DNA of 64,000 bases from the IMG/VR virus record IMGVR_UViG_3300021387_001709, positions 96,001 through 160,000 of that record. One strand, written 5' to 3'. Shown here piece by piece: positions 1-10,927 of the stretch (positions are counted from its first letter, which is position 1; the number at the start of each line of letters is the position of its first letter). A program made the translations under genes and the position numbers. Below the pieces are notes generated by a model. That model did not search any database, was not told the origin of the DNA, and worked only from the letters and a program-made list of their open reading frames with translations. The DNA comes from a virus. Lineage: Duplodnaviria; Caudoviricetes.

Positions 1-239
1 CTCAACGTATAACAATCCGGGCATGTGTCTGGGAGATTCTACCTTGTATATCCTTTTGATTTTAAATATGAACCCCATACATAATTAGAAGAGGGCATAT
101 CAGATAACTTATAAGCCTCAGCCATAAGTTCGATAAAAATATCATTCCATCCTTTTCCTTCAATTCGCGAGATAGCTCTAATAACACAATCACCAACCAT
201 TTTTCCGGCTGGATTAGGATTAAAATAAATATACCCCAT
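1..239 (-). CDS. conserved phage protein, runs off window; TAG at 39-41 read through
   Basis: RBS GAGGTGA before ATG 239; frame continues past TAG as ...GYTR(Q)NLPDTCPDCYTL. Confidence 0.7.
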
Positions 240-259
240 TAAATCACCTCGATTAATAA

Positions 260-697
260 TCAATTATCTATAGTAGTTACCGTTATTTCCGTGCGCGGAT
301 TTTCTTTGTCATATCCCATACGTAGCGTGAGAGAAGCAAGGTGTTTATAATCATCGTCCACAATAAATCCTGCTTCGGTAAGTCCATCTAATATGAACTT
401 TGGTACCGTGTTGTCGCAATCCGATCTCCGGCGAGTCGGCATATACGTTATCACATCCACAGTGAATTTATCCAACATTAAACCGGAATAACCTAATTTC
501 TTACACATCCATATAGTGAAAAATTTCCATTTCTGTTTTATATTATTCATTTGTACCCGTGGTAATATCATCCAGATGTTAAGAAGCGGATGACGCGGTT
601 TGTCTATTGCCGGTTTTCTAGCACGAGGATATTTTTTGAAATAATATTTGTTATATTCATCAACCAACTATTGGTCTATTATTATTTTGTATTCCAT
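260..697 (-). CDS. rusA: RusA-like Holliday junction resolvase (1 in-frame TAG)
   Basis: RRRSDCDN..PKFILDGL...FIVDDD motifs; ATG 697 gives MEYKIIIDQ(TAG)LVDEY. Confidence 0.75.
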
Positions 698-724
698 TTA
701 TAATTATCACCTATCTATTCATTC

Positions 725-937
725 TTATTCACCGGCAGCAGCAAGCATTATCTTTGCAATATCTCTTACGCATCCTTTATTATCAAGATCTCTGATTATT
801 GCCATCGCAAGATTTGCTTCCCAGTAATAAATAAAATGATCCTCTTCTGGACTAATATCATCTAAATGTGCAAGTCGATCGGTGATATCTATGAATTTCT
901 CAACAAACTCTTTGATATTTTTATAACTTTTCATCAT
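725..937 (-). CDS. hypothetical protein
   Basis: ORF with GAGGTG RBS. Confidence 0.6.
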   Translation of the reverse strand: MMKSYKNIKEFVEKFIDITDRLAHLDDISPEEDHFIYYWEANLAMAIIRDLDNKGCVRDIAKIMLAAAGE

Positions 938-943
938 AACACC

Positions 944-1975
944 TCACATATCCGATAAAGAACTCTGTTTGACGTCTTTAATTCCGTTCTCGTCAAAATA
1001 CTGAGAGAGCGTATCCTCAATAGTTGCGTCATTATATAAATTAACCATATCTGCACTTTCCCAGCCGATTATTTCTTGCACAACAGAAGACGGTAAATTT
1101 TTCTTTAATAACGTAGTGCAATACATATGCCGGAGGCTGTGCCAGTAGAAGGGTTTTCCTAAAAATCTGCTATACGTGTCCACCCAATTGTCGAGGCTTT
1201 CCGGCTTAATCGGTTCGTCTGGATTATTTGCGGATGGAAATAGCCACTCACTAACAATTCCATTTTCTTTTCTATAATCAAGCCATAATTTTAAATAAGG
1301 ATCGAATTCCTTTTTCAACACATATAATTCCAACATCTTACCGCGAGAACCACGACCTTTAGTTTTAACCTTTTCAGGCGTTTTATACAATGAGCCGAGA
1401 AATACATTTTCCTCGTCAAAATATGACACTTTAAACCTTGGCAACTCAGCTTTCCGTCTTCCGGAATACATTGCTAGCGCAAGGATACAAGCTTGCATAT
1501 ATTTCTCTTGTTCAACAAGATGGGAGAGTAATAGTTGTATTTCTTCCGGTTCAAATACTGTTTTTTCACGAACTGCCTCTTTGACTGGAGATTCGATTTT
1601 TCTAATAATTGCTCGATAACCTTCGAATTCTTCTTCCTCATCAAGAATGTTTTCTATGAAATTACTCATTGAAGAAATGACAGATTTTACCCGGCGAATT
1701 CTGTTGGAACTCCATCCCCAGTTGTTAAGACAATGATTCTGAAACTTTGCAAATTCTCGTTTTGTTATTTTGATAAATGGTTTATTGTTGTTATATTCTA
1801 AATTCCACACCCAAAATATTTTTAAATCACTTTTATACTGTTCAATAGTATTAGGTGATCTATCTATAGATTGAAGATATTCTATAAAGTCGTCACCTAG
1901 CTGCTTATTCTCCGGAAGAATCTGTTCGATTAATTCCGGCGTTGTTATATTGTTATACACTGTTTTACGTCCTAT
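944..1975 (-). CDS. tyrosine recombinase (SPbeta YomM-like position), probable ATA start
   Basis: SGRRKAE (R), HSLRH (HxxR), IIGW, terminal LY; RBS AGGGAGTGA then ATA GGA CGT AAA at 1975. Confidence 0.85.
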   Translation of the reverse strand: MGRKTVYNNITTPELIEQILPENKQLGDDFIEYLQSIDRSPNTIEQYKSDLKIFWVWNLEYNNNKPFIKITKREFAKFQNHCLNNWGWSSNRIRRVKSVISSMSNFIENILDEEEEFEGYRAIIRKIESPVKEAVREKTVFEPEEIQLLLSHLVEQEKYMQACILALAMYSGRRKAELPRFKVSYFDEENVFLGSLYKTPEKVKTKGRGSRGKMLELYVLKKEFDPYLKLWLDYRKENGIVSEWLFPSANNPDEPIKPESLDNWVDTYSRFLGKPFYWHSLRHMYCTTLLKKNLPSSVVQEIIGWESADMVNLYNDATIEDTLSQYFDENGIKDVKQSSLSDM

Positions 1976-2000
1976 AACAGATCACTCCCTTCTTTAAAAT

Positions 2001-2255
2001 TTAGCTTTCATCAACCAAGTAATATTCTATGGTTAATGGTATAACCACAAACTCAGTATTTGTTTGAAAGTCTTCCATATAGTTTCTAAGAACAGTAATT
2101 GCAATATCTCGATCATATGTTTTAGTAGCCAGTTCAATATTAGTTACAATTTCCCACTTATGGTCGTGCAATGAACGTAGATATACAGTTTTACCCTCTG
2201 CGTCAATAGAGGCTATTACATATTTATTTATAGTTTTTTCCAATTGTTTTCTCAT
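2001..2255 (-). CDS. hypothetical protein
   Basis: ORF in operon with RBS. Confidence 0.6.
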   Translation of the reverse strand: MRKQLEKTINKYVIASIDAEGKTVYLRSLHDHKWEIVTNIELATKTYDRDIAITVLRNYMEDFQTNTEFVVIPLTIEYYLVDES

Positions 2256-2260
2256 AATAT

Positions 2261-3394
2261 TTATTTCCTTTTAACTCCTTTAGCATTTATTAGTTTTAAA
2301 TTATCAATAACATAGTCAATGTCTGATTGTGTTGTTTCGTAATCTAGTGAAAATCGAATAGAAGCGTTCGCATCATCATCAGATAAACCAATCGCTTTCA
2401 GCACATATGACGGCTCATTAGAGTCAGAATTACATGCAGACCCGGTAGAAACATAAATTCCGCTCATGTCTAGCATTCTTAATATTTGCTCTCCGCGACA
2501 TCCTTTAAAACATACGTTCAAATTTCCAGGTAGCCGATTGCCAATATCACCATTGATGGTTACGTTATCAAATTCACTTATTAATTTTGAGTAAAGATAA
2601 TTGCGTAAATAAAGGATATGTGCGATATCTCTACTATTCTCTAAATTGTTTATAGCGTCAGAAATGCAACCAAATCCAGCAATCGCCAATACATTTTCTG
2701 TTCCTGAACGCTTTCCAGACTCTTGACCACCACCATAAATAAGCGGCGGTATATCTATTCCGTTCCGCACATATAAAAACCCAATCCCCTTAGGACCATG
2801 AGTTTTATGAGCACTTACACTCATCATATCAATATGTAGTTTGTTTACATCAATGGGAATATGACCGTATGCTTGAACAGCATCAGTGTGAAAGATTATA
2901 TTATTTTTACGAGCAATTCTGCCAATTTCTTCAATAGGCTGAATTGTCCCAATTTCATTATTGGCGGTCATTATAGATATTAGCTTTGTATTAGGAGTTA
3001 CGGCATTGGCTACATCTTGCGGATTAATAGCCCCGAACTTATCAACTCCTACATATGTTACTTTAACACCTTTTTTCTCAAGTGCCCAGCACTTATTTAA
3101 AATAGCATGATGCTCTATTACGCTAGTTATTAAATGATCTCCTGGCTCTAATATATTTAATACCCAATTATCACTCTCGGTCCCACCGGATGTAAAATAT
3201 ATTTCTTCCGGCATACAATTAATCGTTGTAGCTAGGTCAGTTCGCGAAACATCAATTAAATTCCTCGCCACAATCCCAGCCCTATGAGTAGAAGATGGAT
3301 TCCCATAAACTTTGGAATACGCATTAAGCATCTGTTCAATCACTCCAGGATATGGTTTTGTTGTAGCTGCATTATCTAAATATACTTCTCGCAT
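2261..3394 (-). CDS. iscS: cysteine desulfurase (IscS/NifS family)
   Basis: YLDNAATT, FTSGGTESDN, HTDAVQA, SAHK (PLP Lys), STGSACNS (catalytic Cys); RBS before ATG 3394. Confidence 0.92.
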   Translation of the reverse strand: MREVYLDNAATTKPYPGVIEQMLNAYSKVYGNPSSTHRAGIVARNLIDVSRTDLATTINCMPEEIYFTSGGTESDNWVLNILEPGDHLITSVIEHHAILNKCWALEKKGVKVTYVGVDKFGAINPQDVANAVTPNTKLISIMTANNEIGTIQPIEEIGRIARKNNIIFHTDAVQAYGHIPIDVNKLHIDMMSVSAHKTHGPKGIGFLYVRNGIDIPPLIYGGGQESGKRSGTENVLAIAGFGCISDAINNLENSRDIAHILYLRNYLYSKLISEFDNVTINGDIGNRLPGNLNVCFKGCRGEQILRMLDMSGIYVSTGSACNSDSNEPSYVLKAIGLSDDDANASIRFSLDYETTQSDIDYVIDNLKLINAKGVKRK

Positions 3395-3404
3395 AATATT
3401 CTCC

Positions 3405-3641
3405 TTACGTAAGTTCATGTTTACACCAAAGGTCAAAATACTTTTTACTTTGTTCTCGATTGAAAATAAAACATAATATTGGATCCCCCGTGTTAAAATC
3501 TACGCTAATATATAAATCAAGAAGTTCACATCCGTGTTTTAAATATAAAGTAGCTTGCTTCACATTGACTATTCGAACACCGTCCTATGGATAATAATCT
3601 TTTCCCGTTATTTCTGAATGTATATCATTAATATCTCTCAT
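3405..3641 (-). CDS. hypothetical protein, 78 aa (1 in-frame TAG; absent from ORF track)
   Basis: ATG 3641 with RBS, MRDINDIHSEITGKDYYP(TAG)DGVRIVN...WCKHELT-TAA. Confidence 0.7.
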
Positions 3642-3674
3642 TCCTTTTAATTCCTTCCTTGAAAAAATCGTAAA

Positions 3675-3715
3675 AAAAGGGGACAGCCACAAAATGAATG
3701 TGTAGTCGTCCCCTA
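3675..3715 (-). terminator. intrinsic terminator-like hairpin
   Basis: AGGGGAC...GTCCCCT followed by T-run on minus strand. Confidence 0.55.
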
Positions 3716-3770
3716 ATATGTGATCCGGTCATGCCGGTTCACTCCGTATTTTATAATCACATTCACTAAT

Positions 3771-4250
3771 TTATTTTGCCGCAAATTTTGGCTTAATCTT
3801 TTTATTCTGATAATTCTTATTTCTATTATCATTCAGAGGTTTATCTTCATTGACAATTGTATTGTCTTCTGAGGTTTTCTCCGGTTCTTCATGCTTTACT
3901 TCCTCAGCAGCCAGTTTAACTTCCGGCGATTCGTTCTTTAATGCCGACATAATTGCTTTAGCATTAGTAGTATCAATCTGCTGAAGCTGATTAATTGCAT
4001 CTTTTATCCAATCCGGAAGTTTTTCAATATACTCTTTATCAAGCGTAAGTTCACTAAGTCTAGCCGCTTCAACCTCTGGTTCAAGCCAATGATTTAAAAA
4101 GCCCGCAGTAATGTTGTATATTTCCTTGCATCTCTCAGAACAATAAGCGTCCATCCAGCGAGGAAGCTTATCAAAATCTGAACAATTAGGGCAGAACTGA
4201 TACTTGCTTGAGCAAATACTGCAGCTTCGTTCAAATTTCTTTTTAGCCAT
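3771..4250 (-). CDS. hypothetical tail-region protein with N-terminal Cys cluster
   Basis: CxxC/CxxC/CxxxC N-terminus, RBS GGAGG. Confidence 0.7.
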   Translation of the reverse strand: MAKKKFERSCSICSSKYQFCPNCSDFDKLPRWMDAYCSERCKEIYNITAGFLNHWLEPEVEAARLSELTLDKEYIEKLPDWIKDAINQLQQIDTTNAKAIMSALKNESPEVKLAAEEVKHEEPEKTSEDNTIVNEDKPLNDNRNKNYQNKKIKPKFAAK

Positions 4251-4264
4251 TATTCTTTTCCTCC

Positions 4265-5539
4265 TTAAAAATTAATAATAGGTTTTTCGATATCTGTATC
4301 TATAGTATTTAATTTCATAACGTCAATATAACTATATATGTCAAACGGTTTATCAATACCGTGTTTCTTTCTTATCTCATTTATATACTCCTGAAGTTGC
4401 TCTGGGGTATTGTTTTTTGCTCCATACTTATGATGAAACGAACCATATATAAACATATTATGATATTTTTTATCCAATATAATGGTGTTCCACTCTTCAA
4501 ACATATATTCTGGATATGTTGACATGGGATATATATGATGTAATTCCAGATTATCTGTAACTGTATTGGTAATATAACAAACGGATCCATATTTTTTAAT
4601 AATTGAATCTCTCCAATGTTTATACGGTTTACTACTTCTAATCCTTTGATTTAGTGTTTTTTCTCCGCCTTTCCAGTTGGGATTATTTTCTCCGGTATAA
4701 TGCCAGCCACCGCCACAGGTTTTGGCGTCACCTTTTCGTAAAACACTACCTCTGATACTTACATCGTTTCCACATGAACAATGACAAAACCAATACGGTA
4801 CTCCGTCAACGGATTTATCAAAAGCCGTTACGGTTAATTCCCCATATTGTTTTCCTACTAAGTCAATAAGACCAATCCCTAATCTGGCACACTCAGGACA
4901 TTCAAAATGTTTAATTTTAGACTGAGCAATTTCTCTTAAGTAATCATCATGTTTCCCATTATTGCATTTCCAATACACTTTTTTATTTGAATTACAATAA
5001 TAATCATATGGAGTCATTTCATTTTTATTTGACCAATAAAGAATGCTGTCTGGGTATATGACTCCTAAAGATTTTTCTTTTTTTACAGCGGCATCGTTCG
5101 GAATCCATTTACCTTTTGGCCTAAAAAATCTTTCTGGAACAATTGTTTTTACTCCACCATTATCCAAATCATTTATTTTAATATCAATCTTAGACCTAAA
5201 GCTAATATCCCATGGGGTGAAACCATTGTCTTCGTTCCAAATTTTTTCTAAATAATCAATGCCATATTTATCTATAACATGTTGGGCAAAACTAGAACAT
5301 GCTCTACATGCCAGTTCTTGATGTTCTCCATTTAACCTCCCAAGTGGATATATTTTATGTGATTCACTTTCATGAATACCCCTTGGACATTTTAACCAAA
5401 CATCTTTTTCAGAACCCATTGATAATTCGCCTGGACTAAAAGCATTCTTTTCATAATCCCACCTATTTAATAAATCGAATCTAGAATGATCGTTACACCA
5501 TTTATCAAAATAATATTTTTCTTTCTTTCCCATTTTCAT
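4265..5539 (-). CDS. free-standing HNH-type homing endonuclease with zinc-ribbon repeats
   Basis: Repeated WxCxxGxH...CxxC units, NPNWKGG, C-terminal LELHHIYP...N...H...FH; AT-rich insertion in tail module. Confidence 0.7.
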   Translation of the reverse strand: MKMGKKEKYYFDKWCNDHSRFDLLNRWDYEKNAFSPGELSMGSEKDVWLKCPRGIHESESHKIYPLGRLNGEHQELACRACSSFAQHVIDKYGIDYLEKIWNEDNGFTPWDISFRSKIDIKINDLDNGGVKTIVPERFFRPKGKWIPNDAAVKKEKSLGVIYPDSILYWSNKNEMTPYDYYCNSNKKVYWKCNNGKHDDYLREIAQSKIKHFECPECARLGIGLIDLVGKQYGELTVTAFDKSVDGVPYWFCHCSCGNDVSIRGSVLRKGDAKTCGGGWHYTGENNPNWKGGEKTLNQRIRSSKPYKHWRDSIIKKYGSVCYITNTVTDNLELHHIYPMSTYPEYMFEEWNTIILDKKYHNMFIYGSFHHKYGAKNNTPEQLQEYINEIRKKHGIDKPFDIYSYIDVMKLNTIDTDIEKPIINF

Positions 5540-5571
5540 TTCTCCTTATAATGAATCTCCTAAATTTAGAC

Positions 5572-5640
5572 AAAATAAAAGAGCGGGATAGGAGTTTCCC
5601 GCTCTTGTCAGTTGGGTTGCAAAACCAACCTATTTATTTT
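5572..5640 (-). promoter_or_regulatory. three-way-junction RNA element upstream of HNH gene
   Basis: Outer stem AAAATAAA/TTTATTTT, TTGCAA-loop hairpin, second hairpin with anti-SD loop CTCCTA; same architecture at 16858-16925. Confidence 0.55.
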
Positions 5641-5696
5641 TAAATAAAACCGCCGGATTTGACCCCGACGGCTCTTGATAGTTAAACGATAATAAA

Positions 5697-6509
5697 TTAT
5701 TCGTCTTCCTCGTCATCTTCAACAACATAGATGCTATAGAGTCTCTTATCAGCGTCGCAATAAGAAACCTGAAGCTGTCCATTAAAGTCGATAGTCTGAT
5801 TGTCGGAACTCAGTGACACTTCGCTTTCCGGCGATACCTAGAAGGACGGAATGTCGATATATGCTGCGCGGAGTGTGTCTGCGGAACAAGGATCGACACA
5901 AAGAACCTTAAGGATAAGACGGATAGTCCCCGGGAACTTATCAGCTTTATTAATCATCTCAACAGCACCAGCCGTTGCAGCGGTGCCATCAAGTTCACGG
6001 TCATAACGAATCAGATACTGAGTATAATCGTTGCTAAGCGGAAGAGTAAGTACACCGGTTCCATCATCATAAGTAAATGTGGAAGCAGTAGCACTACCGC
6101 CGGTCTGGAATGCAATACCGAGAGTACCGTTGTTTTCCATACCATACACCTTCGGCGTACCGGTTACATACTTAAGTGTAACGGTCGGGCCATCAGATGC
6201 CTTAGCAATTGTGATTCCCGGTGCGGTAATCTTATGGTTTGCACTAGCTTCAACCTTTCCAGAACCAGCTTCAGATCCGAGAATATTAAGGTTAATAAAA
6301 GCGTTAGTTGCTGTAAACTCACCGGTTTTTGCTCTCCAGAAACGTTTCACGAGGTTGCCGTCTTTATCGGTAACATCATTAGATTCTGCGGAAATATTAA
6401 GAGTAGCTTCCTAAAGCTGGGTGAGTGTATAGAGAACGTTGCCGTCAAAGTCTTCAGCAGTTGCGACCTAGATACGGTCAATAATAAGATCATCGAGCTT
6501 GAATGCCAT
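5697..6509 (-). CDS. major tail tube protein, 270 aa (3 in-frame TAG)
   Basis: RBS GAAAGGAG, MAFKLDDLIIDRI(TAG)VATAE...; TAG at 6468, 6411, 5838; TAA at 5697; position after neck genes. Confidence 0.8.
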
Positions 6510-6580
6510 AATACATTTCTCCTTTCATAATATATTTTATCATTTTATTGTATTAACCGATTATTTCGGGTTATACCAAA

Positions 6581-7375
6581 TTATTTATTGTCACTATTTA
6601 AATCTCTCATAAAATTAAATGATTCCTTCGGAACTTTAGACATATCAGCAAATCCGCTCATACTGCCGGCTAACAATGCCCGTGTATTTTCATAGATTTG
6701 CAAACGTTGCACAGAATCCATAAACACAACATAGTTAATATCCTTAAGCTGCTCAAGGTTGTACTTAAACCCTGGGTGATTAATGCATGCAGAAACTAAC
6801 GGCAACAACGCGGAAGTAGGAGCATCCCCATCTTTTTTTTGACGAGCCAAATTCTGCTCATCTTCCCAAATGATTGCCTCCTTTGTCGCTTTACCTTTGG
6901 CCTTTTCAACCTTTGGATGAATGTTGAAAGCAGTGCGATAATACTCTGAAATTGTAGTATAATCCTCTTCACTAATTTCTATATCATCCGCGGCATCATA
7001 AAGCGTTACTACCTATGAATCAACCAGATTGCCATCTTCATCCGCTTGCTAAACATTTTTGGCATATAAGTCGAATTTCTCCCAGTCTATGTCACCAAAC
7101 AATAATTTTGTAACCTCAGGAGTTTGACCCTTATATAGCATAAGGAACAGCTAGTAATCTGTTATTTTATTCCAATCAACCCCGGCTTTCCAGAGTTGGA
7201 GTCGGTATGTTGTAGGATTACTAACCCATATGTTTAATGAGCCGTAAAACGTAATGTCAGCATCCGGCAAATAGAGAATATCTCCAATTGTTGGGATATG
7301 CAGTGTCATGCCATTACCGACTTCATACGGTAGTCCAAAGTACATCTTTAGAGGATTGAATTTAAACTCGCCCAT
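6581..7375 (-). CDS. tail/neck-region virion protein, 264 aa (3 in-frame TAG)
   Basis: ORF fragments 7151-7384 and 6581-6850 share one frame broken only by TAG. Confidence 0.75.
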
Positions 7376-7376
7376 A

Positions 7377-7943
7377 TTAACCACCTATTTTATTTACCAC
7401 GCGCGAAACATTATCTTTGGTTTTAACAATATCTTTGCCCATAACCATTTCGAATGTTATAGTGCGAGTAGCATAGTCATTATCCGTGACAGACGGTAAA
7501 TCTGATAGCACATGACATTGTGTTCCAAATTTATTTGTCCAATTAAATAAATGTTTTATTCTGGCAGCAATTAAATCGTGGCGAGCAATACCGGTAAGTT
7601 TTTCAGTACCGTTCTTTTCTTCACAAAGTATATAGAAAATAATATCTACATACATAAGGCTGTCATTATATCTAGGCGTTTCTTTAAATTGCACCTCATA
7701 ACAAATAAAATTCTAAACATTGTGCTGAGTAGGATGAATCATATAGTACGGAAGTATATTAACATCTAAATAATCGCTTGGGTCTGCATTCTCATCCTCA
7801 AGTTCCTTGTTGTTTAATAAATAAATAATCAAAGGATCATCTATGAGAGTTTTTTTAATAATTTCTTTAAAACGTATATTGTTATCATCCATTGTAGATT
7901 TATAGGCACGAAGTTCCTGAAGTTGTTCAGTTGTTAATTCCAT
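7377..7943 (-). CDS. putative tail completion/terminator protein, 188 aa (1 in-frame TAG)
   Basis: Fragments 7713-7943 and 7377-7694 joined by TAG 7713: HNV(Q)NFICYEV. Confidence 0.75.
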
Positions 7944-7956
7944 AACTCATACCTCC

Positions 7957-9407
7957 TTACAACGCAATGATTTCAATTGGCAGCGAAGCGATTATATCTT
8001 CGCCATCAACTTTATAGGTTACAGTAAGTATTTTGCCGATATACGAATCGTCTCCCAAGAACTTAACCTTAACATGATTATCTGTTGCAGATAACGTCAG
8101 CAATTCTTGCGGAACGGAATTCCCATCTATAGAAAAATCCCAAGTACCTGGAAGTGCATCTACCGGCATACCGTCTTTGTCGGCAAATACCACAGTGAAT
8201 GTTTTAGCAGAGCCGCCTATACGAATCTGCTGTTTACCGGAGCATGTAATTGTAGCGGTGGTAGTGGGAGAAGGAGTAATATCATCTACAGGAATTGCCG
8301 GAGTCGGCTCTACTTCACTAGCTTTCCAATCCGCCCACCAAGCAATTACATTACCATCAACATCATAATCAGCCTTAAGTGTATGTTGATTAGCAAGATC
8401 TTGCGCACAAGTAAAAATCGCAATTCCTTTGGAATTACTGCGATTGACCTTACTAATCTAAAAAACTCTAGGCTCAGTTAGCACATTGGCATCTATCACT
8501 AAAAACGTATTGTAATATAGGTGTTCCGTGTCTCGATTTAATGGAAGACAAAACTGAGTCTAGTCTTCTACTTGCGTCACCTTGTAGTCAGTCCACAATC
8601 CGCTCATTATGTTATCATAAGGCTTTTTATCCTTATTTCTTACCGTCGCCGGTAAGATCAGCATATGTTTTCTCCATATCATTAATCGACTTAGGAGTCG
8701 GACACTCGTGGGAATATTATATTTATTCAATTCCTATGCGTTACAATACTTCGCGACCTTTCGCTATTCGCGAAGTTATCTCGGCGTTGTCTACAGGAGA
8801 GTTTCACCGATTTTGCCCGATTTTCACTTATAAGTTTCCTTATAAGGCAACAATTTTTATTGTACGAATTCTGGCTTCTGCTAACCCCCGGGAACTCATA
8901 ATATTTCCCATCTTTAATCCAGCGGAACACTTCATCGCAACGAAGCACCTCCCAAGTCGGAAACATATTTTCATCCCGGTCGGCTGTAGCAACCACTAAC
9001 CATCTGCGGTATATGTCATCTTCTCCCTTTAGCCAAACATAAAGACCAACTGGATATCTGGCTCTATACCGCTTACCAAACACTTCTTCGTAATAATCAA
9101 CCTCGCACTCATGACCAGGTCTAAACTGAATATGCATAGTTACCTCGTCTTTCTAAAATGTTTTTTTCGAGTGTGCAATAAATTTCACATCTATAGGTGT
9201 TGGATTTGTATCCTCTTCCGGATTAAATCCTTCAAGACGAAGTCTATTCTACGGCGCAGTATGGTAGTAATCGAAGAAATATCCTACCTAATACTAAACA
9301 TCCTATGTAAACGTAGCATCCATGATTACATCACTTTGCTACTTCCTCGCCCTCCCCGGTACACTAATATTATTGTGCATTGCCTGAAAATCTCTGTAGG
9401 TAATCAT
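7957..9407 (-). CDS. neck/head-closure-region virion protein, 398 aa; exons 8859-9407 and 7957-8604; 8 in-frame TAG
   Basis: Spliced junction RSQNSYN|SGLWTDY; RBS AAGGTGA before ATG 9407; TAA at 7957. Confidence 0.75.
8605..8858 (-). mobile_element. group I intron, ORF-less, 254 nt
   Basis: 5' exon ends U (CAAU pairs IGS GUUG), terminal G, P7 GCAUA/UAUGC, frame restored. Confidence 0.85.
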
Positions 9408-9408
9408 A

Positions 9409-9741
9409 TCAATCACCTTCCTTTATTTTCATAATCTCCGCACCGGCATCTAGGATAAGCTTCCGGTAATTTTTAAAATCAAAACTTTCACTTAGGTACT
9501 CGGATTTCGCCGACTCAAGAATGCTCATTGTAAGCACAAGTTCCGGCGGTTCGCGCAAAATACCATTTAAACCATTTAATTTATATTGTAAGCTATGGAA
9601 TGCCTCCACAACATCAATATTGGGATATTCTTCCTTAGTATTCGGATCCACATAAAGCAACAGGAAGAAAATTGCCTTACGCAAAGAAATTTTAGTAGAA
9701 TGAATCTGAGCAGAAGAGTAGTCGCCATACCGAGTTTTCAT
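9409..9741 (-). CDS. head-tail region protein
   Basis: ATGA overlap with upstream gene. Confidence 0.7.
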   Translation of the reverse strand: MKTRYGDYSSAQIHSTKISLRKAIFFLLLYVDPNTKEEYPNIDVVEAFHSLQYKLNGLNGILREPPELVLTMSILESAKSEYLSESFDFKNYRKLILDAGAEIMKIKEGD

Positions 9742-10202
9742 ACAGTATCAACCCCATTGATAACGGATAAACTATATCCATAATCTCGGATAAGTTTGCG
9801 AAGATCAGTTTGAGCTTTGGTGTACATAGCATGAAGCTCGTTCATTTGAGTTGACTATGCATAGAACTTCTATTCGCTGTTCGATATTAATTGTGATGTC
9901 AACAGCGTAGAATGGTATTTGGGATCTAGCCACCGTTCAACCATCCCCAAAGCCAATACTTCCTCCACAAAATCCTTATCGGAATCCTCGTCCAGAGAAT
10001 TCCGCAATTCGTATTCTATCTCTTCTATATCTTCATCCAGCGTTACCGACTAAAAAAGCCTACGCACCATTGGTTTGGATAGCGTAGACTTCAAGTAGCC
10101 GAGTAACATTTGCTTTACTAATTTTTCTTCTAATCCCGATGTCTCGTAATCTTTTACACGCAGGTAAAAGCGAGAATATATTTCATCAAATTCAGAGGTC
10201 AT
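9738..10202 (-). CDS. putative head-tail adaptor, 154 aa (3 in-frame TAG; absent from ORF track)
   Basis: RBS GGAGG, MTSEFDEIYSRFY...SE(TAG)KFYA(TAG)STQ; TGA overlaps next ATG. Confidence 0.78.
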
Positions 10203-10217
10203 GGGATACCTCCTTTA

Positions 10218-10895
10218 TTAGATAAACTCTTTAATTCCGGTGCCCAGAATATTATCAATAATGACGAGTTTCTGCAAAGACGGATAGTTTTCATTACGAA
10301 TCATATCCATTGCGGTATATTCAATAACAGATTTAAACGTATCCGAAGATTCGTTTAACATCTTTTCAAACTCCTCGTCTGATTTTTCGAAAAACTCTTC
10401 TGGGTAATCTACACCTAAATATTTCTGATAAACATTTCCAATATCATGTTTCCACTGGTCACAAATATCCGGGTCTTCAATCATAATCATAGCATCCATA
10501 ATTACCGGTTTTCTACGCCATGACTGAAGATCTCTATAAGCAACATATTCGATGTCTCCAAAATGAGGCCATTTATATGTCGTCATCTTATCAAGACCTA
10601 CGGTTTCAAGATACCATGGGACAATACTTCTACATGGGATCAAGTCATCAGGTGCAAATTTCTTTACAACTTTGGGAGGTACTGTTTTTCGCTGCTTTGT
10701 AGAAGCAGTAGTTTTCGCAACAGTAGCAGTAGGAGTCTTTGAAACAGGTTTCGCAAAATTATCCCTAGCGTCTTTAATCATAGCTTCGTCAACAGACTGC
10801 ATATGACTAGAAATTTTATAACCTTTGCTTTTTAAGAAATCAATTAACTCCTTATTCTTCACTCCCAGCTCTTTAGATAATTCATTTACAATCAT
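10218..10895 (-). CDS. post-capsid protein with IF2 N-terminal-like domain
   Basis: MIVNELSKELGVKNKELIDFLKSKGYKISSHMQSV resembles IF2_N. Confidence 0.7.
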   Translation of the reverse strand: MIVNELSKELGVKNKELIDFLKSKGYKISSHMQSVDEAMIKDARDNFAKPVSKTPTATVAKTTASTKQRKTVPPKVVKKFAPDDLIPCRSIVPWYLETVGLDKMTTYKWPHFGDIEYVAYRDLQSWRRKPVIMDAMIMIEDPDICDQWKHDIGNVYQKYLGVDYPEEFFEKSDEEFEKMLNESSDTFKSVIEYTAMDMIRNENYPSLQKLVIIDNILGTGIKEFI

Positions 10896-10927
10896 CTCAA
10901 TACTCCTTTTAATCCATTAAGAAAAAA

